Part shown: one piece after another, positions 8,391-17,782 of the stretch
How positions within the stretch are numbered: the stretch's first letter is position 1
How the letters are laid out: each line of letters starts with the position of its first letter
Origin: a virus
Virus record (IMG/VR): IMGVR_UViG_3300008120_000241
Coordinates: 1 to 64,000 of that record
Direction: 5' to 3' (one strand)
Length of the DNA stretch: 64,000 bases
Program-made: the position numbers and the translations under genes
Notes under the pieces: model-generated
What the model saw: the letters and a program-made list of their open reading frames with translations, nothing else
Database searches by the model: none
Told to the model about the DNA's origin: nothing

Positions 8391-9356
8391 ACAACCTATT
8401 TAAGTCACAGGATAACTTTAATTCATTCAAACAAGGTAAGACCCCAGAACATATCAAAAACACTCTAAGATTAAAGAAAATACATATAATCAGAATATAT
8501 GATTAATTCACTCGTCTCATAGTCCTTCACTACCGTTCGGAATTCGCCTCATAATTTAATCATACATTCTTGTGTTCATTATTTTATTCTGTTCATTGTC
8601 ACTGAACATAAGATTATACTGAAACACATTCCCCCTCCTTTAAACTAACACCATTTAATTAAGGTCCCCATTTAATAACCCCCCAATATATTGTCCCCCA
8701 GTATAATGGATTATTTTAATGTGGTTAGAAGTATGTTCCATTTTTATTCCGGATAGGTATAACGTTGTTATTAATGGAGGGGGAATAAATGAAGGAACCA
8801 TAACGAAGGGACTGTTATGTTTTGTAGTATATGTATAAGGTTAAACCTTGCTTAGATACTACAATTAGTAAGTCCCATCTCCTCTTAGTCGTGGGGACTT
8901 TAAGTAAGTCCCACATTTTACCACAAGTGATGAAATCCTATTCGTTGGGGGTGAAATTATGTCACATTTACATGTTCCATACGTTGGAATGACTATAGGA
9001 CTAACGTCTCCCCCGGCCTTAACTATTATATGAAATTTTTAGCGGGAAAACGTATATAGTAAAAAAAATGGCTTTCTAGATACCTACAGAGGGGATTTTT
9101 TAAGGTGTGGATATCTACAGGACCAATTATGGTGGGAGAAAGTGGTAAGTAATTGTGGTAATTTATGGGATGAGGGGATTGTGTCGTGTGTGAAGTCCAA
9201 CTGACATTTTGTCATTTCCTAATATTTTAACAAAAAGTTATTAACTATTTCCCCAATTTTACCACTAACATAGACAATATAATATGTGTTTACATTAACC
9301 AATAAGTTACTAACATTTATGTGGACATTAAATAATGCCCCCACAAAATATTACAA
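8391..9356. other. ~1 kb gene-free region with C-rich to G-rich switch and hairpins (origin/terminus/ncRNA candidate)
   Basis: No ORF >=60 aa; hairpin aagtccca...tggggactt ~8870-8900; TGACATTTTGTCA 9202-9214. Confidence 0.4.
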
Positions 9357-9677
9357 ATGGATCCAATAGATAAATTTATCAGAGAAAATTACACCCCAAC
9401 GATAACTGAGACCAAAATGGGGATCAGTTGTTTGTTCAAACATAAGGAGGGATTGACTGAAGATAGTGTTGTATTTTTTGAGTTCGCCAAAAAACAATGG
9501 TCAAAGAAACCGATAATGAATAAAAGACAATATGTGATTGTGGACGCTGATACCAGGGATCTGATTCAGTTTTTGTCCAACTACTATAATCTGGATGAAC
9601 AAAGTTACAATGGGGTGAGAAAGATAATTGTGGACATGAGTATTGAGGCTCTTGATAAATTTTATGGGGAGGAGTGA
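9357..9677 (+). CDS. hypothetical protein
   Basis: 106-aa ORF with normal composition. Confidence 0.7.
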   Translation: MDPIDKFIRENYTPTITETKMGISCLFKHKEGLTEDSVVFFEFAKKQWSKKPIMNKRQYVIVDADTRDLIQFLSNYYNLDEQSYNGVRKIIVDMSIEALDKFYGEE

Positions 9678-10237
9678 TTTTCCAAAGTAATGATATATTT
9701 ATATGTAAGATGATTATTTTCCCCCGAGCTGGGAATTAGTTAATCAAAGTCCTGGTGACTTGTAAAGATTAAGATGATCATTTAAAAAACAACAATAAAA
9801 TAAAAATCCACAAAAGAGTGGGTAAGGGTTTTTATCTTCCATTACATTTGTATTGGGAGAATTTTTATTGTCCATAAGTTTGGAAATCTCAATTATTTTT
9901 TGTATCTTTGTTCTGTAACTGTTTGACAAAGATGGGGACCGAGTGGACTCCAACACGTCCCAACTTTTTTGAATTTATATAGGTAGGTTGGAGTCTACCC
10001 TCTGCGAGAGTTATTCTCCCGAACCCGTCTCGGTTATTACCATTGACAATATAAAGGTAGGGATAATTTTTGACATATACAAATAAATCCCCCAATATAT
10101 TTTAATAACCACTAATAATCGTTAATAAGTTCTAATAAGTGTTAATAACCAGGGGGAAAATATAAAAAGGGCAAGAGGTAAGCCACAATAGGTTTCTGGT
10201 GGCACAGACACATCTACTTACTTAACCCTTTTTAATA

Positions 10238-10471
10238 TTAATGGTTTTTAACATTACGTTCCCAATATACATAACCGGGAGTGGGATCTTCAACTGGTTG
10301 ATTTGTTTTGGCTGAAATAAATATGATCATTGATATGATCGTATATAACCAAAACCATATGGCGTACTTCCCGGTGTGACCTTTAATGTACCACTTAACA
10401 AACCAAACCAATAATATAATAATTGATATGGTTGAAAAGATCTTGTATAAGTATTTTAGAACATCCAACAT
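10238..10471 (-). CDS. small membrane protein (2 TM)
   Basis: Two hydrophobic segments; coupled to the upstream gene by TAATG overlap. Confidence 0.7.
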   Translation of the reverse strand: MLDVLKYLYKIFSTISIIILLVWFVKWYIKGHTGKYAIWFWLYTIISMIIFISAKTNQPVEDPTPGYVYWERNVKNH

Positions 10472-10707
10472 TAATCCAAGTTTATATTATGACTATTCAT
10501 AATCTCCCAAAGTTTATCCCTCAGTTCTGATACAATATTATATTGTTCGGATGTTAACTCCTTGTTGTTGTGATACCCATGTTTAACAATGGATCTTAAT
10601 TCCTGGTCCAGATCCCATAAAGTCAACTTATATTTATAACCATCAATGACCATTCTTATTTCATCGGCCTCTTCGGTTGAATCAAATTTAAATATTACTT
10701 CTCCCAT
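10471..10707 (-). CDS. hypothetical protein
   Basis: Minus-strand operon. Confidence 0.75.
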   Translation of the reverse strand: MGEVIFKFDSTEEADEIRMVIDGYKYKLTLWDLDQELRSIVKHGYHNNKELTSEQYNIVSELRDKLWEIMNSHNINLD

Positions 10708-10942
10708 TCTTATTTATTTCCCTGGCTTCATCCAGTAGTGATACAATATGTTCATAATCAAAATGATTTATCTCCCCAATCTCACCGGCCTTTAATACAT
10801 CTTCCTTGGTATACCCCCTCTGATCTTCTTCCATTTGTTTGGCTTGTTCAATAAGTCTATTAAATATTCCAGGATAAATAATCATATCTTCATTCAATAA
10901 TTTATTCTCAAGCCATCCAACCGCGGACAATTCTTTTTCCAT
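10688..10942 (-). CDS. hypothetical protein (start MEKELSAVGWL)
   Basis: TATCTTTG host-type -7 box just upstream on the minus strand. Confidence 0.75.
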   Translation of the reverse strand: MEKELSAVGWLENKLLNEDMIIYPGIFNRLIEQAKQMEEDQRGYTKEDVLKAGEIGEINHFDYEHIVSLLDEAREINKNGRSNI

Positions 10943-11324
10943 ACCACAAAGATACATATTATAATCCACATAAACAAATTTATTTATTAACAGGGGGTGC
11001 TGATAACTTATATGGGCTCCCTAGTACTTTGGTATAGGGGCTCCCCCTATTTTGGGGGTGGGGTATCCTGGGTCCCTCCTGCCATTTTGTCAGGGTCTAA
11101 TACCCCCTACAATCCCCCAAATAAAATAAAATCTATTTAAAACAAAAAAGGGGATGTATCCTTAAAAAATATTTTTGGGAATTTTTCAGAAAATCCGGAA
11201 ACCCCCATTATGGAAATATCATAGGGTTTTTATTTTATGTCAAAAAACTTTTCAACATAAAAAGGGGTCAAAATATAAAAATAAATTTTTCAGAAAACCA
11301 GAGTATTTATTATTAAAGTATATT

Positions 11325-11675
11325 ATGAAAAAAATAGTTAGATTAACGGAATCGGATTTAACAAGAATTGTTAAACGAATATTAAATGAACAAAGGGAAG
11401 AAAGTGATACGGTAATTGAAATTACAAAGGTGGTGCCGGATGAACGTTCAAAGCGTAAACCAAAAAATAAATTTCACGTTAACTACCAAACCATCATTAA
11501 TGATAATTTAATTGAAATTGAAGGTACGTTAATTCCATATCATACTGGTAGAAGTATGGAATATGAATTTCAACCGGATTATTTTATGGATGAAGATACT
11601 GAACAATATTATGATGAAAATTGGGAAGATGTTGAAAAAGAAATTTTAAGTAAATTTTATGAAAGTATTTTTTAA
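11325..11675 (+). CDS. Leader-B (MKKIVRLTESDLTRIVKRILNEQ) cargo protein
   Basis: Start corrected to ATG 11325 behind TATTTAT. Confidence 0.8.
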   Translation: MKKIVRLTESDLTRIVKRILNEQREESDTVIEITKVVPDERSKRKPKNKFHVNYQTIINDNLIEIEGTLIPYHTGRSMEYEFQPDYFMDEDTEQYYDENWEDVEKEILSKFYESIF

Positions 11676-11821
11676 AAAAAATAAACATATTTAAGCAAAC
11701 CCCATTCCTAATAAGAGTGGGTTTTTTATTTTATGTCAAAAAACTTTTCAATATAAAAAGGGGTCAAAATATAAAAATAAATTTTTCAGAAAATCAGAGT
11801 ATTTATAATTAAAATAATATT

Positions 11822-12145
11822 ATGAAAAGAATTATAAAATTAACTGAATCAGATTTAACAAGAATTGTTAGACGAGTTATTATGGAATCTACCGGTGAGA
11901 AATACGAAGTTAAACAGGTTAGCCCAACTTCAAGCGGTAAGTATAGTTTTAAATTAGTAATAACGGACCCATACAAAAAAACAACAAAGTCAATATCTGG
12001 AACATTTGATTGTGAATCATTAACAACAACTTTAGATGGAAAAATTGTAGATAACACTAATCTATATAATCAAGTAAATTTATCTTATATTAAACCATTT
12101 TTTTATGGTTATAATGATAACTATTGTAAAATGAAAAAGGACTAA
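11822..12145 (+). CDS. Leader-B cargo protein
   Basis: MKRIIKLTESDLTRIVRRVIMES. Confidence 0.8.
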   Translation: MKRIIKLTESDLTRIVRRVIMESTGEKYEVKQVSPTSSGKYSFKLVITDPYKKTTKSISGTFDCESLTTTLDGKIVDNTNLYNQVNLSYIKPFFYGYNDNYCKMKKD

Positions 12146-12476
12146 TCGATATAAAACTGTAAATCTAACTTATATTAACCCCCCAACGAATGAGGGGTTT
12201 TTTATTTTATGTCAAAAAACTTTTCAATATAAAAAGGGGTCAAAATATAAAAATAAATTTTTGGAAAAATTTGGGGAAATTCCAAAATATACCAATAAAT
12301 AAAATTTGTGGCAATAATTGGATTTTCCTTATTTGACATATTAACATTAAAACATATGAATAATTTGGATTATATCCATATGAGTGGTTATTTTGATATG
12401 TAATTTCTTGAAAAATTTTTTAAACAAAATCTCCCCCAAACCCCCTCTTTTTGTTTTTTGGTATATTTATCTTTAT

Positions 12477-12749
12477 ATGAGCAAGATTATTAAATTAACG
12501 GAATCACAATTGGTAACCATTATTGAACGTGTTGTTAATGAGGCCGATTTTAGTGTTGAACCACAAATCCCTTCACAACCCAGAGAAAAAGACATTAAAG
12601 ATGTGTTCGGCGAAAAATATGGGGCTTATATTCCAATTGACGTTTTAAGATACATGAGAAAATCTCCGGCAAGGATTTTTAATCGTCTGTATGATATCTA
12701 TGGTGATATGGCGTATGAATATCTTGACCGAGCAAAAAATAAAAAATAA
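12477..12749 (+). CDS. Leader-B cargo protein
   Basis: MSKIIKLTESQLVTIIERVVNEA; TATTTAT upstream. Confidence 0.8.
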   Translation: MSKIIKLTESQLVTIIERVVNEADFSVEPQIPSQPREKDIKDVFGEKYGAYIPIDVLRYMRKSPARIFNRLYDIYGDMAYEYLDRAKNKK

Positions 12750-12778
12750 TATCAAATTTTTTTATTATCTTTGCTCTT

Positions 12779-13291
12779 ATGTCACAAGAACTAAAAGAAA
12801 ATATCAAAGATTATTTCAATAAACATATTAGAGATAAAGAATGGAATAACAACAAGAATCAATTCCAAACTTATTTTCGTTCCATGTTGAAATTATTGAA
12901 TTTGGCCTTAACTGATCCTGACTTTTCTTCAGATGTTACCCAAAAGGTGATGTATAGATTATTATTTGGTTATAATGGAATTGGTAAACACGGGATTTCA
13001 ACAAAACTTAAAACAACCGAATCAATTGGGTTGCCCGCAAATAAAAAAACAGATGACCATGTTTTTGGTGCCGTTGAGATTGGAAGGTTTATTAGGGAAG
13101 AATTTGAAAAACATAATTTGGATATTGATTATATGGTTGATGTTTGGTTGTATGAACATCTTTTTTTGTGGTCTAAAATCAAAGTTTCCAAAAATGAACA
13201 TCAAAAAGATAAAATTGAACGGAACAAACATTCCATTCAACAAAAAATGAACCTGGAACATTATAAGGGTGTTTCAAAAATTGTTTTTTGA
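12779..13291 (+). CDS. hypothetical protein without leader, host-type promoter
   Basis: TATCTTTG just upstream. Confidence 0.75.
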   Translation: MSQELKENIKDYFNKHIRDKEWNNNKNQFQTYFRSMLKLLNLALTDPDFSSDVTQKVMYRLLFGYNGIGKHGISTKLKTTESIGLPANKKTDDHVFGAVEIGRFIREEFEKHNLDIDYMVDVWLYEHLFLWSKIKVSKNEHQKDKIERNKHSIQQKMNLEHYKGVSKIVF

Positions 13292-13306
13292 TGTATTTAT
13301 ATCTAT

Positions 13307-14089
13307 ATGAAAATCATTATTACAGAAGAACAATATAAAAAACTATTTGAAATAGATTATAGAAATCTTGATGACATTATAAAGTTTGGTGAGTTTTCTG
13401 AATATTTTAAAAAAGACGATTTAAAAAAAATTAATAAGTTTTTACTTCTTATTAGAGATCTTGGCGTTGTTAATATGTTCCAAGCAGGTGATTTTCTTTT
13501 AATGTCAATTGATTATTTTAAAGACTTTATGAGACTGAAATCATATGAAAGGGATTTTGATGAAGATATAATTTCTGAAATTGAGGAGATATTACCTGAT
13601 ATTAAAAACATTATGGTAGGTGCTGGAATAAGTTATGTTGAAAGTAAAGGTAATGAGATTACACCAAAAAGTGTTGGAAGAGCAATTAGAATGCTTACTT
13701 CAAGTATAATGAAATATTATATGTCACAAAATTTGCCAAATGTTAATGAATCATATGATAAGGAAAAAAACTTTTTGAGAAATCATTTTGGTTTTGATTT
13801 TTCTGATAAAATCAAACTGATAACCTCAACTTATGATGTCCCAACTAGTTTTGATGTTTGTCTTAGCTCCCTTAGTACGAGTCTTTGGTTAAATTATTGG
13901 GGTCCGATGTTTCTTTTTGAGCTTGATGGTGTAAATTATCTTTATCAAGATAGAGGTGATTTTGAATTTTTTTTTGGTGACGATTGTGATACCTACACTG
14001 ATAATGAAATTCCGGAACGACTCGGAATAGCCGAAATGGGATTCAAATTTTCTGATATAATTGATATATATTTTGATGAACAAATGTAA
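13307..14089 (+). CDS. Leader-C (MKIIITEEQYKKLFE) two-domain cargo protein
   Basis: TATTTAT upstream; internal VNES junction. Confidence 0.75.
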   Translation: MKIIITEEQYKKLFEIDYRNLDDIIKFGEFSEYFKKDDLKKINKFLLLIRDLGVVNMFQAGDFLLMSIDYFKDFMRLKSYERDFDEDIISEIEEILPDIKNIMVGAGISYVESKGNEITPKSVGRAIRMLTSSIMKYYMSQNLPNVNESYDKEKNFLRNHFGFDFSDKIKLITSTYDVPTSFDVCLSSLSTSLWLNYWGPMFLFELDGVNYLYQDRGDFEFFFGDDCDTYTDNEIPERLGIAEMGFKFSDIIDIYFDEQM

Positions 14090-14109
14090 TTTTTTATTAT
14101 ATTTGTATT

Positions 14110-14337
14110 ATGAATTTTATTGAATCCGAAAAGTTTTTATTGAACTTGACTGTTGGTGAAGGTTATAATAATGTGACCGTTGTTAAAAGAACCCCCAATA
14201 GAATATATCTATCAAATGACAAAATTGTCCACATTAAGAAGGGAAATGGTTTTAAATACCTGGACGCAAAAGGTTTGTCAATTAAACAAATCCTAAGAGA
14301 TATTGAAGGTTATTTGGTGTATTTAAAACATTGTTAA
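14110..14337 (+). CDS. small hypothetical protein
   Basis: TATATTTG upstream. Confidence 0.7.
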   Translation: MNFIESEKFLLNLTVGEGYNNVTVVKRTPNRIYLSNDKIVHIKKGNGFKYLDAKGLSIKQILRDIEGYLVYLKHC

Positions 14338-14420
14338 TGAAACGTAAAATCCAATTTATTTTTTTGTGGTTATCTTATAAGTTACCAAAGAAAAAAAGAA
14401 AAACCATTTGGGAATTATAA
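14337..14420 (+). CDS. 27-aa basic peptide MKRKIQFIFLWLSYKLPKKKRKTIWEL (not in ORF track)
   Basis: TAATG coupling to the previous gene; fills the gap. Confidence 0.5.
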   Translation: MKRKIQFIFLWLSYKLPKKKRKTIWEL

Positions 14421-14442
14421 AAATAATTCGTATTATTGTTTT

Positions 14443-14961
14443 ATGTGCAATAATTTCCCATCCCCAAACTATCAACTAAAGGTAAGTTACCCATTTTCAT
14501 ATTTAAAATATCCACATCAACATTATTTTAGATTGATTGAGGATTTTATGTCTTTTATGTATGATGGGATTGATTTTAGAGTTATACCACATAGAGAAGG
14601 TTATGATATTTTTATTTTAAATGTAAATCCCTATAAAGAATACAACCCATTTAATTTTGATCCAAGTTATAGAGTAAAGACGGAAGGAGGTTTTACGCAC
14701 ATACATCAATTTGAATTATTTAAAACCTTTTATGGGTACATTCCGGACATTGTCCCGTATTTAAATTTTAAACTTGCGGCACATCCAAGTTGTTTTAATA
14801 TGGGAGGAGTTAAATTTGACCATAATGGTGTATTTGAAGAGTTTAATTTAAAAGAATATTACTTTAGAGAAGAAGGTTCTAGACAATATTACAGTAATGA
14901 AAGAATGTCTGAGTATGAACCAATAGGTAATATGGTTAGATATGACGAATTTACTTGGTAG
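14443..14961 (+). CDS. hypothetical protein
   Basis: 172-aa ORF. Confidence 0.7.
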   Translation: MCNNFPSPNYQLKVSYPFSYLKYPHQHYFRLIEDFMSFMYDGIDFRVIPHREGYDIFILNVNPYKEYNPFNFDPSYRVKTEGGFTHIHQFELFKTFYGYIPDIVPYLNFKLAAHPSCFNMGGVKFDHNGVFEEFNLKEYYFREEGSRQYYSNERMSEYEPIGNMVRYDEFTW

Positions 14962-14975
14962 TTATATTTATCATT

Positions 14976-15671
14976 ATGGATGAAAAGATAATCAAAATAT
15001 ATTATGAAACTTTTTTGGAAGACGAATATGATTTTAATGGAATTATATTGACCCCATACCTTAATAGAGAAGAAGATAGAATTGATTGGGAGGTAGATAA
15101 CCCACAAAAAGTATCAGTTTCTAAATCAAGAATTATAGATTACATCCATGATCTTTTTTATGATTTTTGTCAGTATGTTGGTTCGGGACTAAAAGGTCAA
15201 AGAGTAATTTATGATTCTTTACAAAGAGCAGCAACAAATTTATCTCCAACATTTAACTTTCCAGGTGGTGATGTTTTTTTAAATCAAAAAGATAAAATTA
15301 AACTTTTATTAATTTTAACTGGTATAAAACAAATTGTTTATACCACAACAGAAGGTAATAAATATATTTTTGATATTGAAATTGATGATTTTAGATTTGA
15401 TAATAGATATGCTGAAGAATTTTATTGTGGATTTGATGTTAAATTTTTATTAGGGACAAAAAATGGTGAAGAAATAGGTGATAGTGAGATGAGTGAATGT
15501 GTTAGTGATGTTTTTAGAGAAGATGAATTTATTGATTATCAAAATGGTTTAATGTTACCATTTTGGGGACCAATAATTAATAACCCTCTTTTATTTGAAC
15601 TTAGAGAAACTTATTATTCTAATGATTTTCTTCCGTATGATAAAAATGGAAATAAAATTGATTTTTATTAA
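14976..15671 (+). CDS. hypothetical protein (distant paralog of 21116..21778)
   Basis: TATTTAT upstream; shared NPxxVS and TKNGE motifs. Confidence 0.7.
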   Translation: MDEKIIKIYYETFLEDEYDFNGIILTPYLNREEDRIDWEVDNPQKVSVSKSRIIDYIHDLFYDFCQYVGSGLKGQRVIYDSLQRAATNLSPTFNFPGGDVFLNQKDKIKLLLILTGIKQIVYTTTEGNKYIFDIEIDDFRFDNRYAEEFYCGFDVKFLLGTKNGEEIGDSEMSECVSDVFREDEFIDYQNGLMLPFWGPIINNPLLFELRETYYSNDFLPYDKNGNKIDFY

Positions 15672-16108
15672 TGTTTACAGAAAAAGAAATAGAAAAAATT
15701 AATAGGTTTTTATCTGACCAAACTTTTGAGTGTTCATCGACACTTATTGGTGGTAGAGACATGCCATATTTTAATTTTAATTTTGAGTATCAGTTTGCAA
15801 TTACAGGTATTAAACAAATGATCTCTGTTGGTGAGTGGTATGATAATGTAAAGGTATATGTTGAAATAATTGATATTGAAGATAAGTTCAAAAAATTCTA
15901 CGGTATTTTAGGTAAACACTACAATAAAGAAGAACTAACAAATATATTTTTCAAAAAGGAATACGTTTTTACACATAGATTAAATGAATGTATAAGTGAT
16001 ACGTTAAAATATTTCACCTCTGATGAATTTGTTAGAATTTATTTTGACAATATCATTATGTCAGACAATTTATATGAAACGATAAAAAATACTGAAGATA
16101 CGGCTTAG
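15671..16108 (+). CDS. hypothetical protein
   Basis: TAATG-coupled. Confidence 0.75.
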   Translation: MFTEKEIEKINRFLSDQTFECSSTLIGGRDMPYFNFNFEYQFAITGIKQMISVGEWYDNVKVYVEIIDIEDKFKKFYGILGKHYNKEELTNIFFKKEYVFTHRLNECISDTLKYFTSDEFVRIYFDNIIMSDNLYETIKNTEDTA

Positions 16109-16171
16109 GACCGATATTGCTATGGCAATATGAACCCCCATAAGTGTCGCTACCTGTGGGGGTTTTTGTTT

Positions 16172-16597
16172 TTAGTTGATTTCAACAACTTCTAGATCAA
16201 AAACCAATCTTTGACCTGCCAGAGGATGATTGGCATCCAATACCACACTCTCTTCTTTCACTTCTTTTACGATGAAATTAATCGGACCCATTTGTGTTTC
16301 AGCTTGGAGAGTAATCCCAACCTCAACTTCACCTGGCATCTTGTCTTTTGAAACTTCTTCAACCATATAATCATTGTACGGACCATAAGCCTCATCCACT
16401 TCAATGGTAATTGTTTTTTTCTCACCTTCAACCATATCAATTAAACCTGATTCAAAACCTTTAATTAATTGACCTTGACCCAATGTTGCAACCAACGGTT
16501 CCCTTCCTTCAACCAAAGACGAATCAAAAATATTTCCATCTTCCAATTTTCCTGTGTAATTAACAGTCACAGTGCTGTTTGCTTCTACTTTTTTCAT
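16172..16597 (-). CDS. FKBP-type peptidyl-prolyl isomerase (SlyD/FkpB-like)
   Basis: VNYTGKLEDG.IFDSS, GQLIKGFE.GL, EAYG, LDANHPLAG..L.FD. Confidence 0.95.
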   Translation of the reverse strand: MKKVEANSTVTVNYTGKLEDGNIFDSSLVEGREPLVATLGQGQLIKGFESGLIDMVEGEKKTITIEVDEAYGPYNDYMVEEVSKDKMPGEVEVGITLQAETQMGPINFIVKEVKEESVVLDANHPLAGQRLVFDLEVVEIN

Positions 16598-16662
16598 ATT
16601 AATATTTTTTTTATAATGGTAAGAAATTTTTAATTGGTTGTAAAACTATTTATAGAAAAAAG

Positions 16663-16974
16663 ATGATGAAATCAAGAAAAACAAAACTTATATCAGAAAC
16701 CAATACCTTACTTGAAAAAAGATATTTGGAAAAAAAGTTTTTAATGGAACAAGAAGATAAGGAAATTCCAAAACTTCAAGTTATGCCAATTAAAAGAAAA
16801 ATTGGAAAATATAAAATATCTTTGTTTCAAAAAAAGAAAAATGAAAATTTGACGGATATAATGACACCCGAACTTTTAAATAAATTAAATTTAAAAAAGG
16901 AATATGCCAATCAAGAATCTGCCATTTTGGATATTGAAAAAATTAATCCTTCAGACCTTGAAAATATAATTTAA
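16663..16974 (+). CDS. Leader-E-type protein (K.KLISETN..LEKRYL...LMEQ)
   Basis: TATTTAT upstream; leader resembles that of 56259..56708. Confidence 0.7.
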   Translation: MMKSRKTKLISETNTLLEKRYLEKKFLMEQEDKEIPKLQVMPIKRKIGKYKISLFQKKKNENLTDIMTPELLNKLNLKKEYANQESAILDIEKINPSDLENII

Positions 16975-16990
16975 TTCGTATATTTGCATT

Positions 16991-17287
16991 ATGGAAAATT
17001 TGGAGAAGCTGGACTTACCGGAAATTAAATCATTGTGCAAAAAATATAACATCGGAATTGTTGGAGAAAAAAAAGACCTCATCAAAAAACTCAATTATTT
17101 TTTGGACCCAATTGATGATGTTTTAAATGTTCACCCCGGAAGAAAAATACAACCGGATAAAAAAATTGTCGGTGTTAAAATATCCGAAAAAGATAAGTTA
17201 AATCAGATTTTAAAAAACAAGGGAACCTTTTTATATTATTCATTGGGTTATCAATATTATGTGGTTGATAAACAATTGGAAGTTTGA
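16991..17287 (+). CDS. SAP-like DNA-binding domain protein
   Basis: LEKLDLPEIKSLCKKYNIGIVGEKKDLIKKL; TATATTTG upstream. Confidence 0.6.
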   Translation: MENLEKLDLPEIKSLCKKYNIGIVGEKKDLIKKLNYFLDPIDDVLNVHPGRKIQPDKKIVGVKISEKDKLNQILKNKGTFLYYSLGYQYYVVDKQLEV

Positions 17288-17302
17288 AGTATTTATAGTA
17301 TT

Positions 17303-17782
17303 ATGCGAGATTTTTCAACAATGTTTAATCAGAATGTTTTAAGATTAATTCTAGAACAACTCAATGAGGCTTTTGATAATAGTAGATATGATGTGAATAC
17401 GGATTATGTTCAACCAATTTATGAGACAATTCAAAATGTGGTTTCGTATTTTGGTGTTGATGATTTAACTTGGGATGAAGGTACGTTTTTTTGTGAACTG
17501 GTTAGGTCTAATCCGGATTATGAAACTGAACCAATTAAGGTACCTAGTCTTTCAACCTACGCCGTAGATGTGGACGTAAGGGTTGTTGAGTGGGTTAATG
17601 AAACTTATATACATAAAGTACAAAGTTATTTTCCAGAAGAACTTGATTCAGTAAAAGACCAATTAATGAATGCATATGGTTATGCTTATTGGGAAGGTGA
17701 AAGAACACATAGAGAAGTATATGAAGCTGAGACTCAAAATGAAGAAGTTAATTATATTGAAAAAATTGAGGATGAGGAATAA
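17303..17782 (+). CDS. acidic hypothetical late protein
   Basis: TATTTAT upstream; ILEQLNEA. Confidence 0.75.
   Translation: MRDFSTMFNQNVLRLILEQLNEAFDNSRYDVNTDYVQPIYETIQNVVSYFGVDDLTWDEGTFFCELVRSNPDYETEPIKVPSLSTYAVDVDVRVVEWVNETYIHKVQSYFPEELDSVKDQLMNAYGYAYWEGERTHREVYEAETQNEEVNYIEKIEDEE

Larger units (their letters stand above)
11224..12262 (+). repeat. Three copies (11224, 11719, 12195) of a terminator-tail/AT spacer unit; copies 1-2 continue through TATTTAT and the Leader-B coding sequence (~150 bp)
   Basis: TATTTTATGTCAAAAAACTTTTCAAYATAAAAAGGGGTCAAAATATAAAAATAAATTTTT near-identical three times. Confidence 0.9.
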
